A DNA stretch of 55,804 nt, counting the filler, from Barthelona sp. PAP020 (Eukaryota): assembly GCA_040182905.1 (NCBI GenBank). It is 2 parts of 2 records of this genome, joined end to end, with 100 filler letters (N's around TTAATTAATTAA, not from the genome) between each part and the next. Parts side by side here need not be neighbours in the genome. Positions count along the whole stretch, not along the records: positions 1 to 27,869 come from JARQWU010000127.1; positions 27,970 to 55,804 come from JARQWU010000128.1. One strand, written 5' to 3'. The notes beneath the pieces were generated by a model. It was given only the letters and a program-made list of their open reading frames with translations, was not told the origin of the DNA and did not search any database. The position numbers and the translations under genes were made by a program. Below are positions 22,382 through 32,283 of the stretch, in pieces (within the stretch, counting starts at the first letter, position 1; the number at the start of each line of letters is the position of its first letter).

Positions 22382-22462
22382 TATAATAAAATTACATTCA
22401 TTACATTTAAAAACAACAAATAAAAATTATCAACTGAAAACAAAAGGATTTTTTTTGTCACA

Positions 22463-23554
22463 ATGTCTGAAAAAGAACTTCATTTTAAAAATATGTGTGA
22501 TGAATTATTTCATTATAGAGATAATGATTTATTCAAAAACGATACAGAAAAAGGATTAAAATTAACAAAAGAAATTTTATTACTAAATCCAATGTTATAT
22601 ACAGCCTGGAATGTAAGAAAAAACGTATTACAAATTTTAGAAAATGAATTAAAAGAAGATGCAATTGAACATGATAAATTATTTGATTATGAATTAAAAC
22701 TAACTAGTGGTGGATTAAACATCAATGCAAAATTATATGCTGTTTGGTATCATAGAGAATGGTGCATTAAAAAATTATATAACCCTGATTTTGAAGAAGA
22801 ATTGAAATTGACTCAATTTCTTCTAAATAAAGATTCAAGAAATTTTCATGCTTGGAATTATCGAAGAGAGATATGTAATTTAATTGAAAAAAAAACGGGA
22901 AGTAAAGATATTTGGAAAAAGGAGTTTGATTTGTCTTATAAAATGATCGAAATGAATATATCTAACTTTTCCGTTTATCATAATAGAGTAAACTTTTTAT
23001 TTAAAAAAGAAAAATATTGTTTTGAAGATATTGAACAGGAGCTTAGATTGTGTCATAATGCAATTGTTTGTGACCCTTCAGATTATTCAATATTTGGTTA
23101 TTACTCATTTTTATTGTCTAAATTAGTCGAATTGATGAATGTGAATGAGTTTGTATTTTTTGAAGTGGATGAAGACTTCTCAATTCATAATGATGTTGCT
23201 GAAGTTGAAGATGATGAAGCTTGGACAAAATTTGAGATGTATGAAACAAATTCTACCAAACAAAATAAAAAAAAATGTTTGGCAATGTTTCCTTTGGTTG
23301 CTGACAAAGAAAAAGATATTTCTGTCATTCAAAAACAAATTTACAAAGAATTTTGCTTGTTGTTCGCTTTTATTGAAGGAATTGATGTCGATGTCAAACA
23401 AAGTAAATTGCTAAAATTGGAAGTGTTAAAATTGGCTAAGTTAGTTTTCCCTAATAAAATGAAAAAAGTTCCAGTTTTTCTGGAATTTTTCAGTGACCTG
23501 TGCCTTTTGGATCCATTTTTAAAACCATATTATGAAACTCTTTTGCAGGACTGA
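22463..23554 (+). CDS. Protein prenyltransferase alpha subunit (Rab geranylgeranyltransferase alpha / PTAR1-like)
   Basis: PPTA repeats NPMLYTAWNVRK, NAKLYAVWYHREW, DSRNFHAWNYRR, NISNFSVYHNR, DPSDYSIFGYY. Confidence 0.88.
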   Translation: MSEKELHFKNMCDELFHYRDNDLFKNDTEKGLKLTKEILLLNPMLYTAWNVRKNVLQILENELKEDAIEHDKLFDYELKLTSGGLNINAKLYAVWYHREWCIKKLYNPDFEEELKLTQFLLNKDSRNFHAWNYRREICNLIEKKTGSKDIWKKEFDLSYKMIEMNISNFSVYHNRVNFLFKKEKYCFEDIEQELRLCHNAIVCDPSDYSIFGYYSFLLSKLVELMNVNEFVFFEVDEDFSIHNDVAEVEDDEAWTKFEMYETNSTKQNKKKCLAMFPLVADKEKDISVIQKQIYKEFCLLFAFIEGIDVDVKQSKLLKLEVLKLAKLVFPNKMKKVPVFLEFFSDLCLLDPFLKPYYETLLQD

Positions 23555-24277
23555 GTTCGTAAATCCTTGATTGTTTTTTTTTTTTTGCTGAATGAAATTC
23601 CTCAACACATGAATTGAACAATGGTTTCAAGATAAAGAACCAAATTTGGGAAGAATGTGTTGATGTTTATGTTCTTCAAAACCCTCTTGATTAGTGGAAA
23701 ATTTTTCATACCAACCAACAAAAAAAAAAATTAAAAATTAAAAAACATATTGTCACACTTTGTTGAAAAATCAAATAATGCCCTAAAATGCAAATTTCCT
23801 GCAGTAAAATCCCATTAATACAGTGTCCAAAGAAATAGCAAGGCAAAGAATTCTTTTTTTTTTTCACATTATTTGCTAAGAAATTTTATTAATATTAACA
23901 CAAATGAATGTTTTAATAATCCAATTGAATAATGAATGCTGTGAGTGAATTAAAAAAAATGTGGAAGTTCATGCTCAATGAACGGAATTTATTGGAGATA
24001 TAAAGAGGTCATCAAATATCACTTCCTTTATTTGTTGTTTCTTGACCATCTTTAGGTCCAATTTTTTAAGTTACTTGGGCATCTGAATCCACGTGAGTTT
24101 TCCCCAAACCTTATGCTAACTCGTTTTGTTGTTCACTGAACAACTCATACCTCATAAATATCTAATAAAAAAAAGATACAAGTTTAAAAATTTACACATG
24201 TATTGAAACAACTAATTATCGACATCAACTAGATCTGGTATGGGGTAAAAAAGCAAAGCAAAAATATTGTTGGAGAT

Positions 24278-26431
24278 CTAGTGGGATGCGATGAATTCTT
24301 GAATTGGCACATTATTGGGATAATTAGAACCAGAACATAACAAACGAGTCCCATTATGATTAAGAGCCATAGCCCAAATCTGAAAAGGTACAGTAACCAC
24401 CTGCAGCACGAGACCTGTTTCGCTTCGAATCACAGCAAATGATCCATCAGAAGAACCAGAATACACCAGTGAACCATCTTGAGAGAAGATAAGAGATGAT
24501 ATCCTGTGACAGTGAATATTATAGTCTCCTACCAACTCTTTAGATTCAACATCAAATATCTTGAATATGCCGCTATGATCACCTGTAACCCAAAAAGCAC
24601 CATTAGGTGAGAAGCTCCCTGAATAAAGCCATTTACGAGCATGCGACCAAGTATGAAGTTCTTCATAAGTTTCCAATGAAAACAACTTTGAATATCCATC
24701 ATGGCTTGCAGAAGCAAAGTATTTCATATCGGGGCTGATACAAACAATTTCAACATCTTTTTCATGTGGTTTACATTCATGTAACTTTTGTCCTTCAACC
24801 GTGTATATGGCAATATAACCACCAACCATACCAAATGAAAGCAATTTACTGTCATGTGAGAAACACAAATCTTTCACACAAGAAGACATATCACAAATCA
24901 CTCTCACAGTTTTCCAAGTATCAACATCCAAAATATGAATTGCTGGACCATATCCACCAATAACTAATAGTTTCGAGTCTGGACTGAAATGAAGACCAAA
25001 GGCCCTAATATAATCTCCATTATGTACAATTTCGTATGTTTCAGCATTATATACTCTTAGTAATACACTATTACGTTTTGCAACAGCAAAAAATCTTCCA
25101 TCAGAACTGTAATCAAGGGCACTGACATGAGAATCAGGAAACTCTTCATCAAAAATAGGGCATTCTTCAAACCTTTCGAATGCACCAACAATTTGGTTTT
25201 TATCTTCAAGAGAAACTCTTATACTGTTGTTTTTTACATTTTCATTCAATTGGTTGGCTGAAAATTCAAGGTCATCTATTTGGCCTGTATTTTCAACAGA
25301 AAGTTCTTTGTGGTTCCTATTCATAAGTTCATTCAACCTATGGGTCAAAAGTTCAACTTGATCGACTAACTCTTTGTTTTTACTGGTTAATTTAGTTTCT
25401 CTAATCTTGAAATCATCTACTTTTTTGATTAATTCCTGATTTATATTTGTTAATTCTGCCTTTTCTTCTTTTAGCAAAGCATTTTCCTTCGACAACCTCT
25501 TTTCGTCAAATCCCAGCCCCTCAAACTGCCGAATTAACATCTGCAAATATTCAGTAATCTCCCTAAATCTTGGTCTTTGTTCGGGATCAACAGTCAGACA
25601 CTTTCTAACAATTCCAAACCCAGGTATTGTGTCCAACAATTCCTTGTCATATGGAAGTTGCCCCCTACTCAATTTTACAGCAACTTGAAAGTCAGATAAT
25701 CCATCAAATGGAACAAAAGCAGAAATGACCTGAGTCAGCATGACACCAAATGACCATACATCTGCAGAAATAGGTTTAATAAATTCTGATTCATCGGCTA
25801 ACTCAGGGGCCACGTATCTTATGGTACCCATCATCGAATTGGCCGAACTCCTGCTTGTATCACGCACAAGCCCAAAATCAGCAACTGCAGGTGTGTAAAT
25901 TCCAGCAGCATCACGTCTCAATAATATATTGTTTGGCTTCAAATCTCTGTGCATAACACCTTTTCTATGACAAAACTCGAGGGCAGACGAAACTTGCATC
26001 ATGATAATTAATTTCTCTTTCAATGATAATTCAGGTATCATATCTGCAAGAACAGTATCACAATATTCCATCACAATACCTTTTTTAAATTCAATCTCAG
26101 TCACACCAAAGACTTGTCGAATGAATGGGTGATCTAAAACCATTGCAAAACACTCTCGATCAAGTTCATCTTTTTCAATCTTTCTCGAAAAAAACTTAAT
26201 TATTACAAGTTTTCCCAATCTCTTAGCAAGATGTAAGTAGGTACCACTGCCGGTGGCAATATTTCTTTCAACTATTTCAAACTCCTTTCCAGGTATATTG
26301 AAATTGCACAATTTGATAAACTTTTCCATTTTTTCAAAAGCGTTTTCATCCGCTTCTTCAACAATTTTTCTGCGTCTTTTCGCACATTGATCTAGTTCAT
26401 TTAATCCCTGTATTTCTTGAAAGGTGAACAT
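24278..26431 (-). CDS. Protein kinase (TKL-like) - coiled coil - 7-blade WD40 protein, paralogue A
   Basis: VIIK, HRDLKPNNILL, ADFGL, GTIRYVAPE, DVWSFG; heptad region; seven WD-like repeats (YSSDG, FSPDS, FSHDS, ISPDM, FSPNG, FSQDG, LNHNG). Glycine loop degenerate (ATGSGTY). Confidence 0.9.
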   Translation of the reverse strand: MFTFQEIQGLNELDQCAKRRRKIVEEADENAFEKMEKFIKLCNFNIPGKEFEIVERNIATGSGTYLHLAKRLGKLVIIKFFSRKIEKDELDRECFAMVLDHPFIRQVFGVTEIEFKKGIVMEYCDTVLADMIPELSLKEKLIIMMQVSSALEFCHRKGVMHRDLKPNNILLRRDAAGIYTPAVADFGLVRDTSRSSANSMMGTIRYVAPELADESEFIKPISADVWSFGVMLTQVISAFVPFDGLSDFQVAVKLSRGQLPYDKELLDTIPGFGIVRKCLTVDPEQRPRFREITEYLQMLIRQFEGLGFDEKRLSKENALLKEEKAELTNINQELIKKVDDFKIRETKLTSKNKELVDQVELLTHRLNELMNRNHKELSVENTGQIDDLEFSANQLNENVKNNSIRVSLEDKNQIVGAFERFEECPIFDEEFPDSHVSALDYSSDGRFFAVAKRNSVLLRVYNAETYEIVHNGDYIRAFGLHFSPDSKLLVIGGYGPAIHILDVDTWKTVRVICDMSSCVKDLCFSHDSKLLSFGMVGGYIAIYTVEGQKLHECKPHEKDVEIVCISPDMKYFASASHDGYSKLFSLETYEELHTWSHARKWLYSGSFSPNGAFWVTGDHSGIFKIFDVESKELVGDYNIHCHRISSLIFSQDGSLVYSGSSDGSFAVIRSETGLVLQVVTVPFQIWAMALNHNGTRLLCSGSNYPNNVPIQEFIASH

Positions 26432-27869
26432 GACAAATATTTAAAGAAAAATGAAAAATCCAAAATTCCTTTCCATCTTTCAATGAAATTTTAATTTATT
26501 TGTCATTTTTTTGAATGAATGTAGTTATTATATATTGCCTTCTTACCAAAACAAAAAAAAAACTTTTAGAAGAGATTTCTATTCAACTCAATTTTACACC
26601 AAGAAGTTTGCAAAACGTTTTACATGAAGAAAACATGAATAAAGAAATATCAAAATTTTACTCACAATTCTAATCAATTTCCCAAATTTCATCTTTGGCC
26701 AATACAAAAGATGTTTTCCAATATATTTTCTCAAATCTTAGAGAAACTATCTGAAAACTACACTAAGGTTGACTGCTGTGGCTAAATTGGATTGATAAAA
26801 CATGGTAATTTGGTCATTAGCAAAAAAATCCCAAGAGAAATTTGAATCTGTCAAGGGATTTCAAAGAATTTTTCCAAATTTACAAGATTAAATCAAATCA
26901 CGCACTCATTGCTGTGAATCAAATCAGAAAAAAGGAGCTTTCTTTGTTTGCAATTTTCTGCAAATGAACAAAACTATTTCTCAAAAATGGCAATATGATT
27001 CATTTTTCTTTGTATTTGTATTTAATATATATTATTTCCAGACAAAGAAGTGTTGTGCCTGTCAGAAGAAGCGAATAAGAAGAAATTCTCTTTGACAAAA
27101 AACATTAAAAATTGACACCACATAAGTTCCTTTTCCTCAAATTTTCATGTTTCAACCTATTTAGTTCAGTTGTGAAACAACTTTTTATATTTACAGGGAG
27201 TGTAAACTCAGAAAACTCCTTCTAGCAAATTTCAGTAAAAATTCCCAGGAGGGGAATCAATGGACTGAAATGTGATTTTAACTATCAAGTATGAAAATTT
27301 TAGAGAAATTCTTCATTCCTGTTTTGCATTTAGCAAAAGCAAAATCTTAAAGTTTAAACTTTACCTAACAGAAAATGATAGTTTTCAACAGATCAATCAG
27401 ACCTTGAAAATCTTTAAACAAATAAACATTATTGCTGCTTTTCATTCATACATATAGCCCTTCTTCTTTGTGAATCAAAGATTCTAATACTTTTCAAATT
27501 AATATTACTATTTAAGAACCTCTGTTAATCAAAAGCATAAAGCAAACAGCAATCAATCCATATTTTTACCAATCATTGAATCACAAACCATTGCCTTTGG
27601 TCTGAAGCAATAGGAATTATTAAGATATGAAAGTATTCATCCATAGCTATCTCACAACTACCCAACAGAAATAATCCAATTGTAGATTAGATTCAACCAC
27701 TGTAAGAACGAAGAAATAATGGAGATTTCACTTTGGTTGATGTACCAAAAAGAAACTAAGCTCACTTCAAAAGTTCACTGTTTGATTATCAATAACAAAA
27801 TTGGAGGGTTTATAAAACGTGGGTTACACTTTGATCCAAACACTTCAAATTTAAAATGTGAATGTAAAG

Positions 27870-27969
27870 NNNNNNNNNNNNNNNNNNNNNNNNNNNNNNN
27901 NNNNNNNNNNNNNTTAATTAATTAANNNNNNNNNNNNNNNNNNNNNNNNNNNNNNNNNNNNNNNNNNNN
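27870..27969. other. Assembly gap with artificial linker: 44 N + TTAATTAATTAA + 44 N
   Basis: Exactly 100 nt. The central 12-mer (27914-27925) gives stops in all six frames, typical of a scaffolding spacer. Confidence 0.95.
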
Positions 27970-28208
27970 TAGAGTATCAAAAAGCAATTGAAAACAAATT
28001 GTTGTTATTGGACAACTTTAAAAACGAAAAAGGCCAGTTGTTTGAAAGCATCACTTCAAAGGTTGTGGATGAAATGGATAAAACATGTATTAAAGATGAA
28101 ATTGCGAAAAATGATATTTCTCATTTTATTTCTTCATGTTTTATTGAGTATTTGATTCAGAATGATAAAATAAAAGAGATTTCAAATATTTTGAATTGGG
28201 AAGAATAA
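27970..28208 (+). CDS. 3' fragment of an unidentified gene truncated by the gap
   Basis: Open frame from the gap edge (EYQKAIENKLLLLDNFKNEKG...ILNWEE*); the TAA stop overlaps AATAAA. Confidence 0.55.
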
Positions 28209-28440
28209 ATTTAAGTGTGTGATTTTTTTTTGCCTGCTCAATTTTTTGTACAAAAACAATTTTTACAGGCAAATATTCATATTGTTGATTTTCGTCAAAG
28301 GTACAAATGGCAACAATCAAAACTAAACAAACAAAAAAGGGAAAGAGCAAAAAAAAAAAGAAAAAGGTCACTTTTTACACAAAAAGAATTCAAAATACAT
28401 ATCACACAGGAATCAAAAATCAAAAAAAAAAAAAAAACCT

Positions 28441-29415
28441 TTAAAAGTCATCCGAATCAACAAATAATAAGTTCTGTTGTTTCTTTGTTAAAAATTTAGA
28501 AACATTATGGTTTTGAGGTTGTAAATGTTTCAAAAGTTTCGAAATGTTGGATAAATTAATCTGATTAACAGATTTTACCTTTGAAATTTGTTTATCAAAC
28601 ACATCATTACTGAAAAATTGCAAAGAAATATCAATATTAGCAGATAACAATTGAAATGCTTGCAAAAAATCATTTTCATCCTGTAATTTTATATCCAACC
28701 AAAATAACGGAAACATATTATTATTTAAATCAAAAATTACTGATTTTGACGAACAAAAGATCATACTATACGGAAAGGCAATTGGAAAATAATATTCGAT
28801 CAAGTTTAAAAATAGCACAACGTAACCAAAAAAAGTTGACAAAATTAAGTTTGATTTTTTATTGTTTAACATCTGAACTGAGGATATATTTTGGTTGAAA
28901 ATTTGCATTTGATCATTTTTGAAATCATATTGAATTGGTAGTAGAGTGAAAAGTAGGTAAATACGTTTTTGTTGTAAAACTAATAAATTCTGTCTTTGAG
29001 AGTCAATTAATGCTTTATATTTGTTAATATTCTTTGATATCTGTTGTCTGAAAGATAAGATTTGACCTTGAAAATTTTCCTTCTTTTGTTTTTGCTCTTG
29101 AAATTCTTTTTTATCGTTTTCAATGTATTCCTTCAATATATCATTGGATTCCCTCAAAATTTGATTGGATTTTTCCAACTTTTTGTTTTGTAAAATTTTG
29201 GAATGGATATCATTAACCAAATGAAAAATAGGCCTTAATATGTTTAATTTTTCGTTCACTTCTGTTTGTAATTGTTTCTTCTTTAATTTGAGCTGTTTAT
29301 ATTTGTCATATTTCAATATTATGTCAATATAACTGTCTTTAAACTCTTTTGAACCAACATCTATGCATTCAATATCAACAGAATTTTCATTATTTGTAAT
29401 TTGGTTATCATTCAT
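28441..29415 (-). CDS. ATG14/UVRAG(Vps38)-family class III PI3K complex subunit
   Basis: ATG at 29415. Long coiled coil, then FFGYVVLFLNLIEYYFPIAFPYSMIFCSSKSVI, FPLF and FLQAFQLLSANI, matching the family pattern (ALGYVA..YL..PLPY..GSRS; F..A..LLNxNI). Confidence 0.75.
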   Translation of the reverse strand: MNDNQITNNENSVDIECIDVGSKEFKDSYIDIILKYDKYKQLKLKKKQLQTEVNEKLNILRPIFHLVNDIHSKILQNKKLEKSNQILRESNDILKEYIENDKKEFQEQKQKKENFQGQILSFRQQISKNINKYKALIDSQRQNLLVLQQKRIYLLFTLLPIQYDFKNDQMQIFNQNISSVQMLNNKKSNLILSTFFGYVVLFLNLIEYYFPIAFPYSMIFCSSKSVIFDLNNNMFPLFWLDIKLQDENDFLQAFQLLSANIDISLQFFSNDVFDKQISKVKSVNQINLSNISKLLKHLQPQNHNVSKFLTKKQQNLLFVDSDDF

Positions 29416-29751
29416 CAACCAAATAACAATAAAAATTATTGAAAAAATTTATTCCCATTTATTTTTTATCAATTGGATGGAATGAAACATATAAATAAGC
29501 AAAATATTTTTTATGCTGTTTCAATTTATCAACATTTTGGTTGGTTCTTAAGAATAAACAATTGAATACTTTAAAGCAAACTTGAATCTGAAGGTAATCA
29601 AATAATTTCAAACATCTTCGTCATAAATACAAACGAATTGAGAAAATATTAAACAAAAAAAAGCTCAACAAAATCACTTTCTTTCTTTTTTTCCTTTTTT
29701 GACAATAAGTTGCAAATAATTGCTGACATTATAATTGAAAGAACAAATTGT

Positions 29752-31233
29752 ATGGAAGAATTCCCTAATAATATTGATCCATTCATCAAGCATAATATGG
29801 AAAGAGTTATTGTTCCCAGTGGCTTTGATGTGGATGGTTTTGATGAAAATGGTCATCCAAAAAAGATATATCGTGCAGCTTGTGGTGGAAATTTGGATCT
29901 TGTGAAGCAATGTATCAAGGCTGGTGTGGATATAAACAAATATGGTAGGGAAGGAAAAACAGCCCTGAATGGTGCTGTATTTAATGGAAATATTGAAGTT
30001 GTCGAGTTCTTATTGGATTTTGGTGCAGATTTTGGTTTGTGTGTGGATGGTGGGTTTTCTCCTTTGTTTATTTCTTGTCAAAAAGGTCATATTGAAGTTG
30101 CAAAAATGCTTTTAGATCATGGAGCTGATATTAATCTTTCCTCGGACCACAAATGTTCTCCATTGTACATTAGTTGTCAAAAAGGTTATTTTGAGCTTGC
30201 TAAAATGCTCGCAGAACATGGATCTGACATTAATTGGTGCACAGAAAAAGGTAATTCTTCTTTATTTGTCAGTTGCCAAAGAGGATATTTTGATATTGCC
30301 AAAATACTCTTAGAACACGGGGCTGATGTTAATTTATGCAATAGTAGGGGTTCTTCTCCATTGTTAGTTAGTTGCCAATATGGTCATCTTGATGTTGCGA
30401 AAATGCTTTTAGATCATGGAGCTGATATTAATTTTTGTAATGAAAAGGGTTCTTCAGCGTTGCTCATCAGTTGTCAAGAAGCTCATCTGGATGTTATCAA
30501 AATGCTCTTGAATTATGGTGCTGCTACAAATTTGTGCCAGAGTGGTGGATGGTCTCCATTGGCAGTCAGTTGTCGAAGAGGCTGTCTTGAAATTGTTAAA
30601 GTGCTCTTGAATAATGGGGCTGATGTTAATTTGTGTAAAGATAGTGGGAGTTCTCCATTGTATATCAGTTGTCGTATGGGGCATATTGAGATTGTTAAAA
30701 TGCTATTGGATCATGGTGCTGACTTTAATTTATATAAAAAAGACAAATGGTCTCCATTCTGGATTGCTTGTCATCAAGGTTATGTTCAAATAGCTAAACT
30801 TTTTTTGGACCGGCCAGATGTTTATATTGATGGCAAAAGCATGCTTCTCTTTTTTAACGTTTTACACACACCGGTGGAGGAATGGAAAATAAAAAAGCAG
30901 TACCGTATTTTGAATGGTCCAAATTTGGGAAAACAATTGGAAAATAATGAACCGATTGATTTGAACTTTGAGCGTGTGTCTCAATCTGAATTAATTGAGT
31001 TGGTAAAAGATGAAGGTTATCTCTTAACCACACTTGTCATGATGAAGGTGAAGAGTTCCATAATTAGACAGTTTGTGAGTGCTGGAGTGTACATGAATCA
31101 AAGAGATTTTGATCTGACGTTTAACATGTGTTGGGACTTGGTTGACATCAATGAAAGGAATGGTGGCAATATGCGTCAGTACATTGTTGAAAAAGATAAT
31201 GAGTGTGATGAGAGTATTGATGATGATGATTAG
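29752..31233 (+). CDS. Ankyrin-repeat protein (about 10 repeats, 33-aa/99-nt period) with unknown C-terminal domain
   Basis: First ATG at 29752; repeats of SPLxxSCxxGxxxxxKMLLxxGADxNxC. Confidence 0.92.
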   Translation: MEEFPNNIDPFIKHNMERVIVPSGFDVDGFDENGHPKKIYRAACGGNLDLVKQCIKAGVDINKYGREGKTALNGAVFNGNIEVVEFLLDFGADFGLCVDGGFSPLFISCQKGHIEVAKMLLDHGADINLSSDHKCSPLYISCQKGYFELAKMLAEHGSDINWCTEKGNSSLFVSCQRGYFDIAKILLEHGADVNLCNSRGSSPLLVSCQYGHLDVAKMLLDHGADINFCNEKGSSALLISCQEAHLDVIKMLLNYGAATNLCQSGGWSPLAVSCRRGCLEIVKVLLNNGADVNLCKDSGSSPLYISCRMGHIEIVKMLLDHGADFNLYKKDKWSPFWIACHQGYVQIAKLFLDRPDVYIDGKSMLLFFNVLHTPVEEWKIKKQYRILNGPNLGKQLENNEPIDLNFERVSQSELIELVKDEGYLLTTLVMMKVKSSIIRQFVSAGVYMNQRDFDLTFNMCWDLVDINERNGGNMRQYIVEKDNECDESIDDDD

Positions 31234-32283
31234 ATGTCTGAGTGGTGTTATTTGTTGGTTGAAGATATTCAACCTTTTGTTTATTTAGTTTATTGATGAT
31301 AAAGAAATATTTTTTATTTTTTACATGTCAAAAGGCAGCATGAAGGAATGAAATTGAAATGTTTGATGTGAAAGAGCATGTTACAGGATTAGTTGTTTTA
31401 TGGAAGTTATTTCTATTTTGAAAATAGCAGTAAGATGTTTCCAGTCCATGAGGCACTGCATGGTTGACTGAATAAGAAAGAATAGTGTTTATTTGTTAAA
31501 ATCTTTTGAGGTTAGATCGAACTGTTGAATAATGAATTTTTCTAAAATGAAAGTTAGATAGCACAAAATCGGAAAAGAGCTGGGATCAAAATTTTATCCC
31601 AAATTTACGCTTGCCTTTTGAATGTTAAATTCCACCAGTTGGTTTCCTTCTCAAGGCTAAAATTTACCAAAGTTCTCAAAAATGAGATTTGTTCTTTTGT
31701 TTTTCTCCCAAAGTTAAATGTACCAAAGAATTGGTTTGCTCTTTTGAGATAAAAAATCAAACAATTGATTGAGCAAATGACAAATACTATTGAAAGAACG
31801 AAAACAGAAAACTCAGAGGGGAACTTGAAGCATCAAATCATAGGGTGAGGTAAGTAATTGTGTTCAATTAAAAACACCATGCTACCCTTTAAGAAACTTT
31901 GTTGATGGTAAAGGATCAATTCTTTGGGATCAGTTTGGCAAGATAAGATATACTTGAGAGTTTAACAAGCCTTCCTGTTGAGTGGGTTCAAACAAACTGG
32001 TGTTTGCTCAAATGGGAAAATCCTCGCAAAAACAAGAGGATAATGGTTTGGGATCTTGAATTTCTCAAATCATTTGATTGTTTAGTTGTTTTGGTTTTAT
32101 TGGGTTAGTGGGTAGTTTTGTTGTTGGTGATGGGTGTGGAGTGACTCGTGTGGTTGAAGAAAAGTATGAAAATGCATTAAATGATGAAATGAAAATGTGT
32201 TTTAAATTTACAAGTTGCAGAACCTGAGAAGCGAGGTGAAATATGTAATCATAGGATATAAAAGGAAAATGCAATGTGAAGTT

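Noticed and set aside
24128..24144. 7-bp hairpin GTTGTTC-act-GAACAAC downstream of kinase paralogue A
   Set aside because: Isolated short stem, not seen at the equivalent position of paralogue B; compatible with chance.
27914..27925. Perfect palindrome TTAATTAATTAA inside the N run
   Set aside because: Symmetric 44N-12-44N layout with six-frame stops marks an artificial scaffolding linker, not biology.
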